Assembly (NCBI GenBank): GCA_951406725.2
Contig: OX597820.1
Location: 27,590,001 to 27,654,000 of the forward strand
From: Octopus vulgaris
Lineage: Eukaryota
Reading direction: 5' to 3'
Length of the DNA: 64,000 nucleotides
The position numbers were made by a program, and so were the translations under genes. The notes under the pieces were generated by a model. It worked only from the letters and a program-made list of their open reading frames with translations, made no database searches and was not told where the DNA came from. The stretch's first letter is position 1, and the number at the start of each line of letters is the position of its first letter. Below are positions 56,474 to 64,000 of this stretch, one piece after another.

Positions 56474-56866
56474 AAGGCGGCGAGCTGGTAGAACCGATAG
56501 CACGCCGGGCGAAAAACGCAGCCGTATTTCGTCTGCCGTTACGTTCTGAGTTCAAATTCCGCCGAGGTCGACTTTGCCTTTCATCCTTTCGGGGTCGATT
56601 AAATAAATACCAGTTACGCACTGGGGTCGATGTAATCGACTAAATCCGTTTGTCTGTCCTAGTGTTCCCCCTGTGTTTAGCTCCTTGTGGGTAATAAAGA
56701 AATAGGTATTCGTCTGCCGTTACGTTCTGAGTTCAAATTCTGCCGAGGTCGGCTTTGCCTTTCAGCCTTTCGGGGGTCGATTAAACAAGTACCAGTTACG
56801 CACTGGGGTCGATATAATCGATTAACCCATTTGTCTGTCCGTGTTTGTCCCCTCTCTGTGTAGCCT
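56474..56866 (+). mobile_element. SINE family C dimer
   Basis: aaggcggcgagctgg head; gagttcaaattcc B-box; two units. Confidence 0.88.
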
Positions 56867-56979
56867 TAAACGTTAGTCTTTTACCTGTGTCATAAGCCAC
56901 AGCATCTGCGTTTCTATTCTTCTTACCAAAATTTATTTCAGTAGACACGACAGAAATTTAGTGTTAAATAAAAAAACTA

Positions 56980-57038
<59 letters not shown>

Positions 57039-57214
57039 ATAAAAAACGCCGAAAGTAAAATATAAAAAGTAAATCTATTGGTAAAATAACAAGTTTGCTG
57101 AATGAAACGTTATGAAAACTTATTTCCTCATATTTCATAAGTATTCATTTCGTCTTTTATTTATGTACATTTGTATATTTTCATTGACGCTTTTAAGTAA
57201 TCCAGTTGCGTTGT

Positions 57215-57269
<55 letters not shown>

Positions 57270-57461
57270 AATATATTTATATATATATATATATTTAAAT
57301 ATATTTGTATTTATTTATTTCTACAGTCATACACTTTGTTATTTGTTCACGGATACGTGTATAACATAATTTATACTTTGTTATATATTTAACTTATTCT
57401 ATTTTCTATATTCCTGTTTACAGTTTTCGTTCGTATTTCTTTGAAAAGATATCAATACCAA

Positions 57462-57463
<2 letters not shown>

Positions 57464-57551
<88 letters not shown>

Positions 57552-57583
57552 AGTATATATATATATGTATATATATACGTACA

Positions 57584-57623
<40 letters not shown>

Positions 57624-57743
57624 CGTACATATATATATATACATACATATATATATATACATACATACATACATATTATATATATATACATACATGTATA
57701 TATACATATATATACATATATATATACATACATGTATATATAC

Positions 57744-57776
<33 letters not shown>

Positions 57777-57920
57777 CATGTGTGTGTGTGCGCGGGAGTG
57801 TGCGTGCGTGTGTGCATTTATATATATATATTTATATATACAGCTGTGTATATATATATATATGCGTGTGTGTGTATACACACACGTATGAATATATAAA
57901 GATGTATATATGTATATATC
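57464..57920. repeat. Long compound (TA)/(TACA) microsatellite
   Basis: Directly visible; similar tracts at 14575-14770, 23200-23435 and 28326-28600. Confidence 0.9.
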
Positions 57921-58681
57921 TAATGTTAGAAAATATAAAGCAAAATAAATGGTTCCTTTGAAAATATGGTAGTGACAGCTACCCAAATCAATTTTTCTTC
58001 AGTCTATATAGCGATCCATTCACACGTAAGAAAATGGTTTGATAACGTTGCAAAAATTTTTTTGGTGAAGATCTGACAGATTCTGAGAATAAATGAAAAG
58101 TAGCAGAGTACGTTCTTTGATGTTGTAGCGAAAGTCACTTCCGATGATATCTTTACTTACTTGGTCCATCGCACTCGACTCCCCAAAATCTATTCATCTT
58201 GTCATATGTTTATCTTCTTTTTTATTTCGTTATCTCTGTATATGTTTTTTCTGTTGTAGGCAAGTAGCTTCCCTTGTGTGTATATCTATTAGTATAAGAA
58301 AAGAAGTCTGTTGAGTAATAATGGGTGATTTCGTTTAGGTATGTATGCATGTATGAGAACCATATATGATTTGGGAGTGATAGTACATTAAATAATACAT
58401 AGAGGAAACCTTGTAGAATATTGAGAATTGAGGGAAAGTAGAGTTACTTTTTTTATTCATTGTCATACCACAACGTGAAACGACTGACACACACTCGCAT
58501 AAATACGCACTCGCATTAACATCTACGCACGCAAACGCGTTAATACTGATGTAGTAATTATCTTGAGCATAAGACAATACTTCTGATGAAGGGTTCTTTC
58601 GGGAACATACAGGGTGTTGGCAAATGATATCCATAAGTTAAGTGATAATAACTTAACACAAATGGACGGTATGGTGACAAA

Positions 58682-58766
<85 letters not shown>

Positions 58767-58771
58767 GCCTG

Positions 58772-58844
<73 letters not shown>

Positions 58845-58850
58845 TGCCTG

Positions 58851-58893
<43 letters not shown>

Positions 58894-58922
58894 GCCTGTC
58901 TGTCTGTCTGTCTGTCCGTCTG

Positions 58923-59002
<80 letters not shown>

Positions 59003-59022
59003 CCTGTCTGTCTGTCTATCTG

Positions 59023-59081
<59 letters not shown>
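58682..59081. repeat. (TATC)n/(TGTC)n/(TA)n microsatellite
   Basis: Directly visible. Confidence 0.9.
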
Positions 59082-59083
<2 letters not shown>

Positions 59084-59189
59084 CAAAATAATTGAGATAC
59101 AGATGAATTATATACTTAAGTTGAAGTACCAAAAGTTTCTGCGATATTCTCCTCCGTACAACTTCAAAATAAGGTGAATAAAATCAAAA

Positions 59190-59546
59190 TAAACAACAGG
59201 ATAGCCAGAGGTGATGCAGTACGACAGTTTCAAGCGGCTCCATTTAATTGAACACTGCAATCATTACATCAATTTATGTGCAGGGTTATCCTCAGCTGCA
59301 TAATAAATAAATAGAATTTATGACCCTAACAAATTTTCCCGGATACTTTGTTACCCTCGTAGATGATTTAAGTAAAATTATACAAATGTGTCCGACTGAT
59401 TAAATATATTCTATTTATTTATTTAATTATTTATTCAAGTGAGGATTGCATTGCATTTAAATTGATGTAATGAATGCTTTGTCCAATTAAATGGAGCCGC
59501 TTGAAACGGTCGTACTGCATCACTTCTGCATATCTTGTTGCTTATT
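59190..59546. mobile_element. Inverted-arm element carrying a hammerhead-like motif (59215-59300, minus strand)
   Basis: Arms at about 59190-59317 and 59407-59546; minus strand reads tgcag-CTGAGGA-[57 nt]-GAAA-c tgtc g-TA-ctgca. Confidence 0.7.
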
Positions 59547-59935
59547 GTGAACTCGGAATTTTGGGCCTCCAACCAGACCTTTGTAGCAGTGATCACTTCC
59601 GAATCGGAGTGAAATTTCGTTTCCCTGAGATGTTTCTTTAGTAGTGGAAAGAAATGTTTGTCGGAGGGTGCCATGACAGGAGGGAAAGGAGGATGGTTTA
59701 CCAAAATAAAGCTAAATTAGCGTATTTTCTTTCAAGTTTCATGTGTTGTGTGTGCTGGTGCATTGTCCTGCAAAAATAGAGCCCCCAAAAGCACAGCTTT
59801 GTACTGCGTTTCTGCTCCAAAGTTTCACGCAGTTCGTCCAACAGAAACAAGTAGTATTCTGCATCGATTGTGCGACCGTTTGGCAGATATTTTATAAGAA
59901 GTACTCCGTTTTTAACCCAGATCCATGAAGCCAGG
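59547..59935 (-). mobile_element. Mariner transposase remnant
   Basis: LQDNAPAHT; HPPFPPVMAPSDKHFFPLLKKHL..FHSDSEV. Confidence 0.8.
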
Positions 59936-60744
59936 ATCTTTCCAGCTGACTTGTTCTCGTCCTATTTTTTATAGATAGAAATAAAATTATTTGCAACAGG
60001 ATTTTAAAATAAATAAAAGCGTTTGTGAAGGGTTACACTGGAAACGATATATTAGTATCATTCCACGGTGATTTATACGCTATAAATATGTATACACCCA
60101 CCGATATTTTAATGAAAGGTGTTTTCAAGTGCACATATTAAATAAGATGATAGTACTAACTAATTATTCATGCGCTGCATACTCAACGCATGAAAAACCC
60201 CTCGTGGGAAACGGTGCTAAATATTTTATAAGATCTAATCACACATTTTATCACACATTTAATGATACTGAAATAACTGCTGTAGAAGTATACATAACGA
60301 ATGATCCAGTTCGGGAACGGTATACGTATTTCAGTACCCGTAATTTCAATTTAAATTTCCTTTTCATTAGGTAAATCAAAGCTGGTTTGTGTGTGTGTGT
60401 GTGTAGCATTTGTGCAGTATACTGGTCACCGAAGGTTGTTAAACAACTTACTGACTGGACATTTTCACCTTCGCTCCTAATATGCTTATGTTGTTGCTGA
60501 TGACAGTGTAACTCAGAGACTACTTACTCAGCCCTGTTAAGCTTATCTCTACAGATCTTATATAGAAATTATAGTCAGCACGAATTCTCTACGACGTTTC
60601 ATATCCGTGACGCCTAATGCAAACAACAATGAGATCGAAGATGGAAAATGGGTAATGTCACTTGCTAAAGTCATCTCTACAAATTTCCTATAGAGATAGC
60701 ATTAACAAGTGATGTTATAGCACTGCGAACACAGTAGAACACAG

Positions 60745-61102
60745 TATTTTGTCTATCGCTACGTTCTGAGTTCAAATTCCGCCGAGGTCGACTTTGCCTT
60801 TCATCCTTTAGGGGTCGATAAATTAAGTACCAGTTACGCGTTGGGGTCGATATGATCGACTTAATCCGTTTGTCTGTCCTTGTTTGTCCTCTCCGTGTTT
60901 AGCCCCTTGTGGGTAGTAAAGAAATAGGTATTTCATCCGTCTTTACGTTCTGAGTTCAAATTCTGCGAGGTTGACTTTACCTTCCAGCCTTCTGAGGTCG
61001 ATGAAATAAGTACCAGTTGAGGTCTAAGGTCGATGTAATCGACTATGCCTTCCTCCTCACCCCGGACTTGTTAGAATCTTGTGCCTAAATTTGAAACCAA
61101 TA
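60745..61102 (+). mobile_element. SINE family C dimer
   Basis: Two units joined at aagaaatag|gtatttc. Confidence 0.85.
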
Positions 61103-62214
61103 TCAAATGCTGCTGAATGAAAACTGTTTTTCATAGCAAGTTATTATATAAAAGACTTTACATGCGTTGAGCTATTGGACAGACAGTGTTTTGTATGTTA
61201 AAACTGGCCAAGTGAGACATACATGTTTGTGATTTTTCTCTAGCTATATCCAGATCATTGTCAATATCACCAAGCGATAATGTTAAAAAGTATTCTAGAG
61301 AACATAAATAATTGAGTATATTAAACCAAAATAATAAAAATAAAAGTTAGCAACAAGGTAGAAAACAAATAAAAGCTAAATATGTGCTTGCAGACAGAGA
61401 TAATCTACCCGAACTAAACTATCCACTGGAGGTTTACAACTTTAAATAATTTCAGCGAGGAAACTACAAGAGAGTCGCAGCTATTTAACTTAGAATCCAG
61501 TACGGTTGGATTGTTTTCCATAGCATAAAAACCGACAAAATTTTTTTCAGATCATTAAATAGAATGTCATTATCCTCTGCACTGACACATTACCTATTGT
61601 ATAAGCTGTTTGTTTTGCAATATTATCCTTATGTGTCTCATTCACTAAACTTTGCACAATGGTTTTCTTTGATGTTTCACTTTGCAAAATTGAAATTGCT
61701 CTGTGTATGTTGTAATTTTGTAATCATCATCAGTTTTGGTTGCATCTATCGAAAACGATCGAGTGAGTTTTCTATTATACGTTTTATTTTATCAGTTTTA
61801 TTTATTCATTTAACTAACAACTTTATAGCTGTTTGTATAGAGTTAAGTGTTTTATAAAGAACCGATAACTTGTTCGACAGGAATATTTGTTGTTGCGTTG
61901 TTGTTTAGCAATCTTACAAAACCATAGGTTTGTTTTGAAATAAAGAACAGGCTCGATTACATGGTTGGGGAAAGGTAGCTCAAGGTCGAGATATCTAGAT
62001 TATAGAACTGATCGATGAGGGTAAAAATGGTGGGGCAATCTAAACAACAACGGTTTATAAGTGCTTACACACACACAAACACACACAGACGTGTGCGTAT
62101 ATACAGGAGTAAGCACAGAAATGCAAAAGAAGTTGGAAAAAATAGTACTCCAATGCCGAAGGTAGGGTGGTGTTTTTTATTTTTGTTAAAGCGGCAAAAA
62201 CATCACAAAAAAGA

Positions 62215-62320
62215 TGCTACTCAGCGTTTCACGTTCCCGGAGGTCGGGCAGGTGTAATCAAGAATCTTGATCACGATCACATCTGCCTGACGTACGGGAA
62301 CGTGAAGCTCCCGGTAGCAG
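62215..62320. repeat. About 105-nt imperfect hairpin formed by two inverted decayed hammerhead-like motifs
   Basis: Plus arm: ctgc-CTGACGT-acg ggaa cgt-GAAG-c tcccg g-TA-gcag; minus arm: ctgc-CCGACCT-ccg ggaa cgt-GAAA-c gctga g-TA-gca. Confidence 0.65.
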
Positions 62321-62439
62321 TTTATGTGATATATATATATATATGCACTTCCTATGTACTTTGTAATTTTCCCTTCTTCCCAGTATTGTTTTCTGTTTTT
62401 TATACGACCTCGTATACACCTTATCACCAATTTTTAAAA

Positions 62440-63525
62440 ATTTGGGATTGTCTTCCCTGCTACTTTTTCTCTCCTCGCCAGGCAACAGTTTATCAAGTTC
62501 AGGTGAGTTTCCTCGCTAGGTAACAGTTTCATTACCTCAGCTGTTGAGCTTCCTGCTGGTGCACTGGGGTTCGGTGTTACCCTGTACACCATTAGAAATT
62601 GCTGCTGAGCAACTTCGTTTGTGGATTCCTTGTTTGCTTTTCTCAAAGCTCTTTTAAAAGTGTTCACAAAACACTCTGCCTGTCCATTTGATCTGGGATG
62701 GTAAGACGCTATCGTTTTATGTTCTACCGTGAACATAAACCGGGAGTGGCTGTGTGGTAAGTAGCTTGTTTACCAACCACATGGTTCCGAGTTCAGTCCC
62801 ACTGCGTGGCATCTTGGGCAAGTGTCTACTACTATAGCCTCGGGCCGACCAAACCCTTGTGAGTGGATTTGGTAGACGGAAACTGAAAGAAGCCTGTCGT
62901 ATATATGTATGTGTATATATACATGTGTGTGTTTGTGTGTCTGTGTTTGCCCCCCTAGCATTGCTTGACAACCGATGCTGGTGTGTTATGTCACCGTTAC
63001 TTAGCGGTTCGGCAAAAGAGATCGATAGAATAAGTACTGGGCTTACAAAAGAATAAGTCCCGGGGTCGAGTTGCTCGATTAAAGGCGGTGCTCCAGCATG
63101 GCCGCAGTCAAATGACTGAAACAAGTAAAAGAGTAAAAAGAGAGATTTCGCAGTATTTTCTAAATTCACTGGACACAAATTGCATTCCATAGTCAGATAC
63201 AATCACGTCCGGGATTACAAATCTTGCAAGTAATTTGTACAAAAAAAATTATTACCGTTGCGTAGTCTTTTGCATTTAAAAATTTCAGGCCATTTCCTAA
63301 AACTCTCAACTACTACTAAGTAGTAATACCCATTTAACGGACCCGCAAAATCGATATGTAGTCTTGTCCATGGAATTTTTACTTCTGACCAAGGCTCCCA
63401 TTTTTGAATAGGCAATTTCGCTGCAGCCTTTTACTATGTTTTCGACTTCCTTGTCCATCTTCGGCCATTACGCATAACTGCACATAAGCGCTTTCATGCA
63501 TGTGATCTCCGTAAAATTTCACGAT
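62440..63525 (-). mobile_element. Ty3/Gypsy integrase remnant split by a SINE
   Basis: MKALMCSYA*WPKMDKEVEN; PWTRLHIDFAGP..KWPE; YHPRSNGQAECFVNTFKRAL; YRVTP. Confidence 0.85.
62743..63143 (+). mobile_element. Full-length SINE family A inserted in the Gypsy integrase
   Basis: Colinear with 1123-1579; the integrase reading continues on both sides. Confidence 0.9.
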
Positions 63526-63689
63526 TCCTGGTCTAAAATTGTTTAGTGTGCGTGATTGTAGTGGGCTGATCAGGAGGGAGAGGAGATTGTTGTTGACATA
63601 GGCATGAGGTGGCCAGTGATATCGTTGAGTGCGATGTGTAGGGTTTCTTCTCGGTGTTATTTTAGTTTCAAGCTTAGTGTTGGGGATAA

Positions 63690-63948
63690 AATAGATTTTT
63701 TATTCGCGGAAGCCGCTTATTTGGAGGCCTGATAGGGGGTGTGAATGTTAATTTCTGCGTTAGCGGATAAGTTAGAGATTCCGATATATATGCCTGTGAC
63801 TACGCTATTAAGGGTAAGTTTAGGGTGATTAGAGAGGATATTTATGTATTGTAAAGATTAGTTGATTTTATGGAAAGGGCGATATAGATTACAGTTTAAG
63901 TCGAGAGTAACGTCTAAAATATTGACCACCTAAGTGTCAATTTCGAAT
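63690..63948 (-). pseudogene. Penelope-like element RT C-terminal (thumb) remnant
   Basis: VVNILDVTLDL..LYRPFHKIN*SLQYINILSNHP..ISNLSANAEI fits the PLE pattern FLD..YxK..Y...SxHP. Confidence 0.7.
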
Positions 63949-63953
63949 TAGGT

Positions 63954-63994
<41 letters not shown>

Positions 63995-64000
63995 ATATGC

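Noticed and set aside
58576-58620. ctgatgaaggg motif (also ctgatga at 60498 and 20288)
   Set aside because: The GAAA box or stem II is missing; at best these are very old fossils.
57399-59177. Long YI/YLSI-repeat ORFs here and throughout the window
   Set aside because: They are stop-free microsatellite translations with no coding signal.

Overview
A 64 kb, AT-rich stretch of eukaryotic non-genic DNA (intergenic or intronic). The SINE families and dense TA/CA/TATC/TTA microsatellites look like an octopus genome; this is an inference from recognising the repeats, not a database result. I see no credible host gene, rRNA, true tRNA or CRISPR array, and almost all ORF-track entries come from microsatellites or SINEs. 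The window holds several tRNA-headed SINE families and decayed retroelements (R4/Dong-type RT plus restriction-like endonuclease, CR1-like, RTE-like, Tx1/L1-like, Hero-like, Gypsy integrase, Penelope RT). It also has mariner remnants, a 30-bp minisatellite and a patchy duplicated zone (about 6.8-18.2 kb) that may be an assembly artefact. The main observation is a set of at least six short non-coding elements with unrelated sequences, each carrying a minimal type I hammerhead ribozyme fold, mostly inside inverted or tandem arms. One is fused to a tRNA-type Pol III head, and one has a G3-C8 swap of the core pair and a 17-bp target-site duplication. They look like non-autonomous Penelope-type (retrozyme-like) elements. 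The folds were read by eye and cleavage activity is untested.
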